This document shows positions 1-11,853 of a stretch of DNA of 64,000 nt, piece by piece. The notes beneath the pieces are model-generated. The model was not told the DNA's origin. It was given only the letters and a program-made list of their open reading frames with translations, and did not search any database. The DNA comes from an uncultured Actinomycetota bacterium (GTDB lineage Bacteria > Actinomycetota > Actinomycetes > JAFAQI01). The stretch is taken from contig CAVYQE010000001.1 in NCBI GenBank assembly GCA_963770565.1, forward strand, positions 1 through 64,000, given 5' to 3'. The position numbers and the translations under genes are program-made. The stretch's first letter is position 1; each line of letters begins with the position of its first letter.

Positions 1-676
1 GAGATGCACGAGGAGATGCGGGCCGCGGCGACGGGGCTGCTGTTCGAGAAAGCGGCCCGGCTGCGCGGACGAAATCCACATGCTCGAAACGCTCGACAAG
101 CAGGGCGACATCGACGAGGCATGCTCAGCCGGAAGTGTTTTACATCGATCCGAAAAAAGGGCTCGCCGGCTTGCGCAAAGTGCTCCATCTGGGCCGAGAC
201 GCCGCGGACGATCGAAGGGGTCGATATCGCCCACCTCGCGGGCGGCGAAACGGTGGCCAGCCTCGTCCCGCTTCATCGACAGCATGCCGTTCAAGCCGGG
301 CTACAAGCGATTCAAAATTCGGGCCGTCGCCGGGGTGGACGATTTCAAGAGCATCCACGAAGTCGTCTCGCGACGGTTCCAGCGGCTCTCCGACGAATTC
401 GGGGATTGTTCCCGACATCCTGCTCGTCGACGGAGGTCAGGGGCGATTGAACACGGCGCTGGTGACCTTCCGCGAGTTGGGCCTCACGCCGCCGACGGTG
501 ATCTCGCTGGCCAAGCGGGAAGAAGAGGTTTACGTCCCCGGCTACGGCGGAGCCGCTCCGCCTGAGCCGCCATGCGTTCGCCCTGCGGCTGCTGCAATAT
601 GTCCGCGACAGAGGCGCACCGCTTCGCCCAGCAATACCACCATCTGCTGCAGAAGAAATCGCAGATGGGGGAGTGA
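1..676 (+). CDS. uvrC: Excinuclease ABC subunit C, C-terminal part (5' truncated, frameshifted)
   Basis: Stitched frames give FEKAARLRD..IEGVDIAHLAG..YKRFKIR..DDFKSIHEVVSRRF..PDILLVDGG..ISLAKREE..LQYVRDEAHRFA, all UvrC motifs; TGA at 674-676. Confidence 0.9.
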
Positions 677-717
677 ACGCGGCCGCGTGAGGCCGGCGCT
701 GGGAGGCATCGAGACCG

Positions 718-830
718 GCCGCGGCGAGGGGATGCTGGCCGCGAAAAGGGGGCGGGAGTCGATTTCGCCCGCTGAACGACCCGTAGTGCCAACCGCCATC
801 ATGGCGAAATCGACTCCCGACCCCCTTTCG
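718..830. repeat. Left part of a 210-bp-family palindromic repeat
   Basis: Inverted arms gggagtcgatttcgcc / ggcgaaatcgactccc; matches units at 55948-56915; the unit continues at 4265-4315. Confidence 0.85.
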
Positions 831-3800
831 CGGCTGTACTGGGTTTTCAGCGGGTGACACGAAAATCCTCGCGATTGACCATCCCTTCTTGTGGTAAGTG
901 CAGCGGTGTTTCGGAGGCGAGAAGGGGGGCCAGCAGGCCGGGTTGCCGGTCTGGAGTGATGGAGGTCTACGATCTGCCGCGCTGTCCGGGCCCATTGAAC
1001 GCCTGAGCCATGCCTTGAAAACTCCTGAAGGAACCCATTCAAGACCCGGAGAGGAATGTTTTCATCCACAGGTCCCCGTAGCCGCAGCCGTCAGGCCGCA
1101 ACCAAGTTTTTACACGAGGTCACGGAAAAACCGAGAGCGAGAAGCACGGCGGCATGACAGATCGGGAACACTAATCCTCGCTAATCAGCACTAATCAGCA
1201 TCCATACGCACGATTGCGCGTGTTCCTAAAACCGGCTGTACTGGGTTTTCAGCGGGTGACGCGAAAATCCTCGGCGATTCGCGCATCGCCCCTTGTGGTA
1301 AGCGTAGCGGTGTTTCGGAGGCGAGAAGGGGGCCAGCAGGCCGGGTTGCCGGTCTGGAGTGATGGAGGTCTACGATCTGCCCGCGCTGTCCGCCCCCATT
1401 GAACGCCTGAGCCATGCCTTGAAAACTCCTGAAGGAACCCATTCAAGACCCGGGGAGAGAATGTTTTCATCCACAGGACTGCCGTAGCGAGACCGTCAGG
1501 CCGCAACCAAGTTTTTACACGAGGTCACGGAAAAACCGAGAACGAGAAAGCACGGCGGCATGACAGATCGGGAACACTAATCATCGCTGATTAGCGCTTA
1601 ATTAGCCGCCGATTAGTGTTCCTAAAACCGGCTGTACTGGGTTTTCAGCGGGTGACACGAAAATCCTCGCGATTAACGCATCCCTTCTTGTGGTAAGTGC
1701 AGCGGTGTTTCGGAGGCGAGAAGGGGGCCAGCAGGCCGGGTTGCCGGGTCTTGGAGTGATGGAGGTCTACGATCTGCCGCGCTGTCCGCCCCCCATTGAA
1801 CGCCTGAGCCATGCCTTGAAAACTCCTGGAGGAACCCATTCAAGACCCGGGGAAATGTTTTCATCCACAGAATTCATGGCACAGCCGTCAGGCCGCAACC
1901 AAGTTTTTACACGAGGTCACGGAAAAACCGAGAGCGAGAAAGCACGGCGGCATGACAGATCGGGAACACTAATCATCGCTGATTACGCGTTAATTACCGC
2001 ACGATTAGTGTTTCCTAAAACCGGCTGTACTGGGTTTTCAGCGGGTGACACGAAAATCCTCGGCGAATCGGCACATCCCTCTCTTGTGGTAAGTGCAGCG
2101 GTGTTTCGGAGGCGAGAAGGGGGCCAGCAGGCCGGGTTGCCGGTCTGGAGTGATGGAGGTCTACGATCTGCCGCAGTGTCCCCCCCATTGAACGCCTGAG
2201 CCATGCCTTGAAAACTCCTGAAGGAACCCATTCAAGACCCGGAAATGTTTTCATCCACAGATTGCATAGCGCAGCCGTCAGGCCGCAACCAAGTTTTTAC
2301 ACGAGGTCACGGAAAAACCGAGAGCGAGAAAGCACGGCGGCATGACAGATCGGGAACACTAATCATCGCTGATTAGCGCTAATTAGGCGCCGATTAGTGT
2401 TCCTAAAACCGGCTGTACTGGGTTTTCAGCGGGTGACACGAAAATCCTCGCGATTCGCGCATCCCTTCTTGTGGTAAGTGCAGCGGTGTTTCGGAGGCGA
2501 GAAGGGGGCCAGCAGGCCGGGTTGCCGGTCTGGAGTGATGGAGGTCTACGATCTGCCGCGCTGTCCGCCCCCCATTGAACGCCTGAGCCATGCCTTGAAA
2601 ACTCCTGGAGGAACCCATTCAAGACCCGGAAATGTTTTCATCCACAGATTGCATAGCGCAGCCGTCAGGCCGCAACCAAGTTTTTACACGAGGTCACGGA
2701 AAAACCGAGAGCGAGAAAGCACGGCGGCATGACAGATCGGGAACACTAATCATCGCTGATTAGCGCTAACCGTTGCGCCGATTAGTGTTCCTAAAACCGG
2801 CTGTACTGGGTTTTCAGCGGGTGACACGAAAATCCTCGCGATTCGCGCATCCCTTCTTGTGGTAAGTGCAGCGGTGTTTCGGAGGCGAGAAGGGGGCCAG
2901 CAGGCCGGGTTGCCGGTCTGGAGTGATGGAGGTCTACGATCTGCCGCGCTGTCCGCCCCCCATTGAACGCCTGGGCGATGCCTTGAAAAATCCTGGAGGA
3001 ACCCATTCAAGACCCGGAATACCCGGAAATGTTTTCATCCACAGATTGCATAGCGCAGCCGTCAGGCCGCAACCAAGTTTTTACACGAGGTCACGGAAAA
3101 ACCGAGAGCGAGAAAGCACGGCGGCATGACAGATCGGGAACACTAATCAGCGCGATTAGCGCTAATTAGCGCCATTAGTGTCTCCTAAAACCGGCTGTAC
3201 TGGGTTTTGAGTGGGTGACACGAAAATCCTCGCGATTTGCGCATCCCCTCTTGTTATGAGCGCAGCGGTGTTTCGGAGGCGAGAAGGGTGCCAGCAGGCC
3301 GGGTTGCCGGCCTGGAGTGATGGAGGTCTACGATCTGCCGCGCTGTCCGCCCCCCATTGAGCGCCTGAGCCATGCCTTGAAAAATCCTGGAGGAACCCAT
3401 TCAAGACCCGGAATACCCGGAAATGTTTTCATCCACAGATTGCATAGCGCAGCCGTCAGGCCGCAACCAAGTTTTTACACGAGGTCACGGAAAAACCGAG
3501 AGCGAGAAAGCACGGCGGCATGACAGATCGGGAACACTAATCCTCGCTAATCAGCACTAATCAGCGCGAATTAGCGCCGATTAGTGTTCCTAAAACCGGC
3601 TGTACTGGGTTTTCAGCGGGTGACACGAAAATCCTCGCGATTCGCGCATCCCTTCTTGTGGTAAGCGTAGCGGTGTTTCGGAGGCGAGAAGGGTGCCAGC
3701 AGGCCGGGTTGCCGGCCTGGAGTGATGGAGGTCTACGATCTGCCGCGCTGCCCGCCCCCATTGAACGCCTGAGCCATGCCTTGAAAAATCCTGGAGGAAC

Positions 3801-4264
3801 CCATTCAAGACCCGGAATACCCGGAAATGTTTTCATCCACAGATTGCATACGCAGCCGTCAGGCCGCAACCAAGTTTTTACACGAGGTCACGGAAAAACC
3901 GAGAGCGAGAAAGCACGGCGGCATGACAGATCGGGAACACTAATCCTCGCTAATCAGCACTAATCAGCGCTAATTAGCTGCCGATTAGTGTTCCTAAAAC
4001 CGGCTGTACTGGGTTTTCAGCGGGTGACGAGAAAATCCTCGCGATTTGCGCATCCCCTCTTGTGATAAGTGCAGCGGTGTTTCGGAGGCGAGAAGGGGGC
4101 CAGCAGGCCGGGTTGCCGGCCTGGAGTGATGGAGGTCTACGATCTGCCGCGCTGTCCGCCCCCATTGAACGCCTGAGCCATGCCTTGAAAATCCTGGGGG
4201 CCTAGGGGCAAAGCCCCCAGTCTGTGCTTGCCCGCCGAAGGAGCCCACTCAAGACCCGGAATAC
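831..4264. repeat. Tandem array of ~388-405 bp units (8 full units plus a terminal variant)
   Basis: cggctgtactggg starts at 831, 1233, 1629, 2022, 2410, 2798, 3192, 3597, 4001; near-identical units. Confidence 0.97.
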
Positions 4265-4400
4265 CCCCCTTTGGCAACGCCAGCCGGTAGATATGCCGGT
4301 TCTCGGACAGTCTCCTCGTGTCCTGATCTTGGCTTGTTTATTGCTGCCTCTATCTCGGGGCGGGATGGCGGCGGCTCGAGCCGCCGCCACGCCGATTTCG

Positions 4401-5095
4401 TCACGGTCGCCACTCCACCTCGACCACTCCCGGAATGCCGGCCAACGTCTCGACGATCGGCGGCGTTCGATTGTCGATCAATTGCGCGCTCCATTCCAGA
4501 TCGCAGCGCAGCCTTCGCAGCCGAGTCGCCGAGACGTATTTCACGGCGCACGACAAGATGCGAAAATTCGCGGCCGTCAAATCGTCGCGAATTCGCTGTT
4601 CCGTCGGGCCGTCGTCGCCGGCGACGAGCAGCAGCGTCGCCCGGCGATCGCGGTCCATTCGATTCTCGACGGATTTCAGGACCGAAAGGACGAGCATACC
4701 GCTCGCGAGCATGGTCAGGCCCAGCCCGATTTGTCCGCCGCCGAAGCACAGCCCCATCACAGTGACGAACCACAGCGTGGCGGCGGTCGTGACGCCGATC
4801 ACCAGATTCCCGCGGCGAGAATCACTCCGCCGCCGATGAACCCCATGCCCGACAAGATGCCCAGCGGCAAGCGCATCAGATCGAGCATTACGAACGAATC
4901 GGCATGGCGGCCCGACATGCCCAGCAGCAGGTTGGCCTGGATCATGGCCGCGCTGGCCGCCAGGCCGACCAGAATCGTCGTGCGCATTCCCGCCGCGCGA
5001 CCGTGCTCGCCGCGATTGAGGCCGATCAGCGCCCCGGCCGCCAGCGACAGCGCGAAGCGGATCGCGATTTCATCCCAACTCAGGTAGGTCGCCAT
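4401..5095 (-). CDS. MgtC/SapB family membrane protein (frameshifted)
   Basis: GALIGLNR..AAGMRTTILVG..ILSGMGFIGGGVI..GVTTAATLW motifs across ORFs 4799-5095 and 4401-4802. Confidence 0.88.
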
Positions 5096-5309
5096 AAACG
5101 CTCGCGGGTGATCGAAAAACCGGGCAGCGGCATTCTATCACGACGGCGCGCCTCGTAGCCGAATTGCTTCGAAAATACGGTTGAACTCCCGGCGACGCAA
5201 AAGTGCCGCCCCGCGGCATGACAACGCGCTGGAATTCCGTGGCTCGGGTAACTTGGGCGATCCGAATTCCGGCGAATTCGGCTACGGGCGGCTCGGGTGC
5301 GCTATCCTG

Positions 5310-6850
5310 TTAGGCCAGATCCCGATCTTCGAAGAGCACCAAGGCCAACAGCATCGCGACCGTGCAATAAAGCACGCAATAGCCCAAGACGGCCCACAGA
5401 TAGATCGCCGGCACCGGGTTGCCCGTCGAGACCGTCGCCTCGATATCGAAATTATCGAGCACGGGAAACACCGCCGCCATCAATTGCCCGACGAAGCGAA
5501 TGATGCCATACGTATCGCCGATCCGCGAGACGACGAGCATCGGCACCAAATGCCCGACGACATACACCGAACAGCACACGATGAGATTGGCCAGCATCGG
5601 CAGCCGTGTGGACAGCGCCACCCCGACCGCCGCCAGCGTCACCGTTTCGAGAAACGCCAGAAACAAGCCCGGCACCGAAGAGATCATCGGCTGAAAGCAG
5701 GCTTGCCAGACCGGCTCGAGCTGGGCCCCTTCGCGGGCGTCGTAGACCACTTTGTAAGAAACGGTGAGCAAAAACAGCGCCCCGAGGAAGAGAAACATCA
5801 GGGCCGCGGGGAGCACGACTCCCAGGAATTTGCCGAGGATGAATTGCCGCCGGCCGATCGGCTTCGAGAGCACGGTCATCGCCGTGCGGCCTTCGATCTC
5901 GCTGGAGATCGATTCGCTGGCCGTCCAAATCGCCACGATGATCGCCAAAACCTTGATCAGCATCGACGTCGGAGAGCTTGAGCATCTTGACGTCGTCGCC
6001 AAACGTGTTGTAGGGAACGAAGATCGTGCCACGATGATGGCGAAGCCGAGGCCATCACCACTTAAAACAGCGGCTGGACCATCACTTCGCGGGCCGTGGC
6101 CAGACCGATCGCCGTGATCTTCGGGCAGGCGAGCTTGAACGCCAAAAACAGCCCGACCAATCCAATCAGGGCGAAGGCCGTCTCAGGAATCGCCGCGACC
6201 TCGGGATATTCTTCGGCCGTCTTGCCGGTGAACGAAGGCTAGCCGGCTGATCGCCGAGATTCGTCACCGCCAATACGGATTTATCGCCATAGAACAGATT
6301 GTTTTCGGTGGCGACCTCATTGCTCTCGCTCTTGGCGCGCTCTTCCGAATGGCGCGGATCGACTTCATCCACTTGTAAGGCTCGTTATGAACGAGCGAGA
6401 TTTTCGATTCCTTGGCCTGGTTGATGATCCCATACTCGACGAGCCGCAGCGTGAGATCCTGATCGCTCTTGATCTCGAGCGACTTCAGTTCGGCCGGGCG
6501 GATATCCAAATCGACTATTTGATCCTTGGCTTTGGGAGGGATCGTCTCCGAGACGTCCAAGCTCCCCGCCGTCGGCAGCCGCCGCAACGACCGCAGCAGA
6601 TCGGCCACGGGCACGATCGGCGAGGCCGCCAGCGCCCCCACGGCGATGATCGCCGCCAGCAGCAGCACGGGGGTCACGAATCCTTCGCGCAGGCTATCGT
6701 TGAGAAAGTTCCCCACCGCCGCGACAAAAGTCGCGCCATGCCATAGACGATCGCCAGCACCAGCAGGCCCAGCCCGGCCCCAATGCCGATCAGCCACGGG
6801 GGGGTGAGCCAGGTGGAAAGCGTGGCCAACGGCAAGAGGGTCGAAATCAT
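5310..6850 (-). CDS. ABC-2 type transporter permease with N-terminal extension (frameshifted)
   Basis: [31 protein letters not shown] and C-terminal LFEDRDLA; hydrophobic N-terminus in upstream frames. Confidence 0.75.
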
Positions 6851-6913
6851 GCAACAACTCGGTATCTCTACCTATCGCGAACCATCGCGGCGCGGTGGCC
6901 GCTGACCAGTGGC

Positions 6914-7208
6914 TCAGAATCGAATCTCGAAAGCTGGGAACTCGGACGTGGCCGGAGCGGTCGCGACCGCGGCGTCGTGAATGAAACGTTTCATTTCCGT
7001 TCGAAGCCGATCGAGAAACCGATCGAGTTCGCCGGAGCCGCCCCTCGGCCACGAGCTGCACGCGGCCATCGCTCAGGTTGCGAACGAACCCGGTCACGGC
7101 GAACTGCTCCGCGATCCGTTCGGCCGTATAGCGAAAACCGACCCCTTGCACGCGGCCGCTGAAATAGATCGTCCTCCGCTCCCGCAATTCATCGCCGCTC
7201 ACAGGCAT
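6914..7208 (-). CDS. acyP: Acylphosphatase (frameshifted)
   Basis: [32 protein letters not shown]. Confidence 0.9.
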
Positions 7209-7296
7209 CTCTCCTCCGGGTCGCGCGGCCACCGGGGCCCGAATTCAGTATAGCGCGACATGCGGAGCCATTCCAGGGGCTAGCGTGGCGGCTAGC

Positions 7297-7388
7297 GGTA
7301 TAGTTCGCGTTTCAGATCGTACTCCTCACGCTCCGCGTGAGGAATTCTTCACGCGGAGCGTGAAGACTACTTCGAAACTGTACCACCA
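7297..7388. repeat. REP-like palindrome
   Basis: cctcacgctccgcgtgagg..ttcacgcggagcgtgaag with outer arms ggtatagtt/aactgtacc. Confidence 0.65.
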
Positions 7389-7470
7389 CCGTGTGGCGGA
7401 CGGCGGCTCCCAAGCAATCCGGCTAACGAACATGGCCCCTCCGACCCAACCCCCCCCCGGCCCCCGACCC

Positions 7471-8200
7471 AGGATGCGAAAAATCGGCCCTTCGAGACTT
7501 CGAAAGTTTATTCCCTATTTGTTCCGCTCGCGCCGGCGTGGTCGAGCGAAGCTGTTTCGACCGATCGAAAGTTGCCGCCGGCTTTTTCAGGTAGCCGCCG
7601 CAATTATGCGGCGGGGATTCGGCAGGGAAAGAACGTCGGCAGCCCCCTCGGGAGTCGGAAAGGTCGTCGAGTTGGCGTCATTCGTTTTTCGATTTGCTTA
7701 TTCGGAAATCCGCGAAAATCCGTGCAATCCGCGGCAAGAAACAAGCATTTTGCCGCGGATTGCGCGGATTTTCGCGGATCGAGGAGAAGCGTGAGCGGGC
7801 AGTCTTTAGCAGGGATCGTATCGACGTTTATGCCGTTTTTTGTTCCGGGTTTTGGAAAGGACGGCAGGCGATCAAGGAACCCGGTAGGGTTCCCAGACAT
7901 TAGCCGGTGGTTGAGGCCGTCAGGCCGATACCACCGGTCGTGAAATCGAATAATCCCTATTGCACCCCGATAGGGGTGCCAGCGCTCTGCGACCCCTACC
8001 GGGGTCGAAGCAAGTTTTTCGCGTTCCGATACCGGCGGTGTCGGCCTGCGGCCTCAACCGCCGGCTAATGTCTGCCATCCCTATCGGGATGAATTTCATG
8101 CCACCTCGGAGTCGGAATTGTGCGAGTACGTGGGCGGAACAAAAACCGACCAAAAAACGAACTCGAATTCCACTTCGAAACCGCACAGATTGCACAGCCG
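7471..8200. mobile_element. MITE-like shell with REP cargo
   Basis: Ends resemble those of 32539-32968; flanked by cccccgaccc at 7461-7470 and 8202-8211; internal palindromic REPs at ~7700-7780 and ~7880-8090. Confidence 0.6.
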
Positions 8201-8297
8201 ACCCCCGACCCCCGACCCCCGACCCCGAATTGACGGCTGCGGCTCTCGCTGGTCTAATGAAAATACTCATCGCTTTTCGCCTTTTCGCGAGGTTCCC

Positions 8298-9551
8298 GTG
8301 ACCACCGAAACACGACCCGACAGCGATCCTTTCCCTCCGGCCGAGGCCGTCAACAAGCCGGGCGAACCGCGCTCCGCGGGGCGGAGGGCCGCCGATGGCA
8401 GCTTGTTGGCCGATCGCGTGAAATCGCTGCAATTGTCGCCGGACGTGACGGCCGGCCGATTCCGCTGGGGATTGCTCAAGTGGCTCGTGCTGCTGGCGAT
8501 CGTCGTCGGCGGCGGCCGTGGTCGGCCAGCATCTATCTCGGCCGGCAAGACCGGCAACGCCGATGCCAAACCGGCCGACGGCAAATCGGCGGCAGGCGGC
8601 GGCCATGCGATGCCGGTAGATCCCAATGCCGGCGACGTGATTCTCGAATCCAAAGGCTACGTGATCCCCGTGCATGAAATCCTCGTCAGCCCGAAAATCT
8701 CCGGGCATGGTCGAGAAGCTCGACATCATCGAAGGGCAGCACGTCGAGCAGGGCAAGCGTGCTCGCCGTTTTGGAGAGTGTGGATTACAAGGCCGAACTG
8801 GAGCACGCCCAGGCTGTCCTCGACGGCGGCCAAGCAGACGGCTCTTGGAACTGCAAAATGGCAGTCGCCCGGAAGAAATCGAGGAGGCCGCGGCCGAGGG
8901 GCCGAAGCGAACGAGCAACTCACGCAGCTTAAATCGACCTTCGAGCGGACGAAGCGGTTGCACGATTTGGGAACCAAGGTGCGTCACCGACAACGAATTC
9001 GAAATTGCCGAGGCCGCCTATCGGGCGATGGTCCGCAAGGTCAACCGGCTCACCAGCGCCTATAATCTGATGAAGCTCGGCCCGCGGGTCGAGAAGATCG
9101 ACGCGGCCAAAGCCGACGTGGCCCTGGCGCAGGCCGATTTGGACAAGGCGCAAATGGCGGTTCGACAATTGCACTGTCCGCGCCCCGGTCTCCGGCACGA
9201 TCCTCAAGAAAAACGCCGAAGAAGGGAACATCGTCAACCCGATCGTCTTCAACGGCTCGTATAGCATCTGCACGATGGCCAACCTCGCCGATCTTGAAGT
9301 GGACCTGTCGATCCAAGAGCGCGACATCTCGAATGTGTTCGTCGGTCAGAAGTGCAAGATTCACACCGAAGCCTATCCCGATCAAAATCTGCGACGGATT
9401 CGTGTCGCGGCTGATGCCGACGGCCGATCGGGCGAAGGGAGCGATCCCGGTGCGCGTGAAGCTGAAGATCCCCGACGAGGGAAGAGGGAGTTTATTTCAA
9501 GCCGGAGATGGGGGCGGTGGTGTCGTTTTACAAGAAGGGGCTAGGGAATAG
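8298..9551 (+). CDS. HlyD-family efflux periplasmic adaptor (frameshifted)
   Basis: ILESKGYV..VSPKISG..DIIEGQHVEQG..RAPVSGTIL..MANLADLEVDLSIQERDI..PTADRAKG. Confidence 0.85.
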
Positions 9552-9597
9552 GGGTGAGGGGCTAGGGGAGCGAGCGCAAGCGGGGATGTGAGGCGAC

Positions 9598-10403
9598 ATG
9601 GCGAAGCAGTCGAGTTCAGAGTTTTGGTATCCGTTCATTCAGTTGCGCCCGGTGAAGGGTCTGCGATTCGAGTTCCTCGCCCCTCACCCCTCGCCCCGAT
9701 CCCTATTGTCCGCGTCGGCGGCGTGCATAAGTTTTTCACGCGCGGCAGCGAGCAGGTCGATGTGCTCAACGATCTGACGCTCACCGTGCCCGACGGCGAG
9801 TTCATGGCCTTGATGGGCCCCAGCGGCTCGGGCAAGACCACGCTCTTGAATTTGATCGCCGGCCTCGATCGGCCGACGCAGGGCGAGGTGTGGGTCGGCG
9901 AGGAACTCGATCTCGCGGATGTCGGAGAGCCAACTGGCTCGTTGGCGGACGCGGCATATCGGCTTCGTGTTTCAGTTCTATCATTTGCTTCCGGTGTTGA
10001 CCGCTTATGAGAACGTCGAGCTGCCGCTGCTGCTGTTGCCGATCTCCGCGGCGGCGCGGCGGCGGCAGGTGCTCACGGCCCTGGAACTCGTCGGCCTCGA
10101 GCCATCGCATGCATCATCGGCCCGGGCAGCTTTCCGGCGGGCAGCAGCAGCGGGTCGGCATCGCGCGGGCGATCGTCACCGATCCGACGCTGATCGTCGC
10201 CGACGAGCCGACCGGCGATCTCGACGCCAAAAGCGCCGAGGAGATTCTCGACCTGATTGACCGAGCTGCACACGGCCTTGCAAAAGACGATCATCCTCGT
10301 GACGCACGACCACCGCGCCGCCCAGCGTGCCCACCGCATCTTGCACCTGGAAAAGGGCCAGCTCGTGGCCGACGAACGCACGATGCCGGCCGTGGCGAAA
10401 TGA
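9598..10403 (+). CDS. ABC transporter ATP-binding protein, LolD/MacB-like (frameshifted)
   Basis: [36 protein letters not shown]. Confidence 0.92.
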
Positions 10404-10530
10404 TGGCCGCTTTTTCGAAACGATGGAGCCGGTGCACGCAGCGTGCCCCAGGCGAGTCTGCCGTCACGCCCTGGGGCACGCCCTCCGCTTTGCTCCAGGC
10501 TCCCGCACCCAGATTTGCGATCCCGCTGCC

Positions 10531-11785
10531 ATGCAATTCATCCGCCTGATCCTGAAAAACCTTCGCCGCAATTTGCTGCGGACGAGCCTCACGGCGCTGG
10601 GCACGATGGCCCTGGTGTTCGTGGTCACGCTCGTCTGGTCGATCCTCTCGTTTCTCGATCAACAGACCGCCGAAAAGAGCAACAACTTCAAGGCGATCAT
10701 CACCGAGCGGTGGCAGATTCCCAGCCGCATGCCTTTTGCCTACGCCGCCGCTCTGGCCGACGGCGGCGGCCCGGCGGCCCGGCGATATCCACCCGCTGGA
10801 TTCGATGAGCTGGCAGTTTTATGGCGGCACGACCGATCCGGGCAAGATGACCCGCGAGAGCATGATGTTCGCCTTCGCGCTGGAGCCGAAGAAGCTGGCC
10901 ACGATGATGGACGATCTCGACGATCTTCCAGCCCCCGAGGCCAAGCGAACTCAGGCGAATATCAAGAAGCTCGAGGAGAACAAGCGGGGGATCATCGTCG
11001 GCCGCGAGCGGCTGGCGGCGATGAACAAGCGGGTCGGCGAGCGGATCAAGATCTACAGCATGAACTACAAGGGCATCGACCTGGAATTCGACATCGTCGG
11101 CACCTTTCCCGACGGCCGCTACAACCAGACGGCCGCCATGAACCGCGACTATCTCAACGACGCGCTCGACGACTATCCGCGGACCCACGCCGGCCAGCGG
11201 CACCATCCGATGGCCGACGCCAGTTTGAACCTCGTCTGGCTGCGCGTGGCCGATTCGACCGCGTTTCACGCGGATCGCGGGGCAGGTCATGTCGTCGCCG
11301 AATTTCACCAGCCCGGCGGTGAAATGCGAAACGGCGTCGTCGGGGATCGCCTCGTTTCTCGACGCCTACAAGGATCTGATCTGGGGCGATGCGGTGGCTG
11401 TTTCGCCGGCGATCCTGTTCACGCTGTCGCTGATTTTGGCCAACGCGATCAGCATCAACGTCCGCGAGCGGCGGATGGAGGTCGCGGTGTTCAAGGTGCT
11501 CGGCTTTCGCCCCGGGCACATCCTCGGCGATGGTGATCGGCGAGGCGGTGATGATCGGCGCGCTGTCCGGCCTGGCGAGCGCGGCGATCACATATCTGGT
11601 GGTGGACAAGGCGATCGGGGGGCTTGAAGTTTCCGATCGCGTTTTTCCCGGCGTTTTATATCCCGATCGAGGCGATCTGGTGGGGCCTGGCGATTGGCGC
11701 GCTGACTTCGCTGGCCGGCAGCATCATGCCGGCCTGGACGGCCTGCCGGATCAAGGTGTCGGAAGTGTTCGCGCGGGTGGCATGA
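10531..11785 (+). CDS. FtsX/MacB-like ABC permease (frameshifted)
   Basis: [36 protein letters not shown]. Confidence 0.87.
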
Positions 11786-11853
11786 CTAAAAACGTCGGAA
11801 CCGACTCGCGCTCCCGATCCTGCGCGTCCTCTCATTCCTCGTTCTCGCCCGAA

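Noticed and set aside
831-4264. CRISPR array or tandem small protein genes
   Set aside because: Units are far too long with near-identical intervening sequence; ORF starts, lengths and frames vary between units
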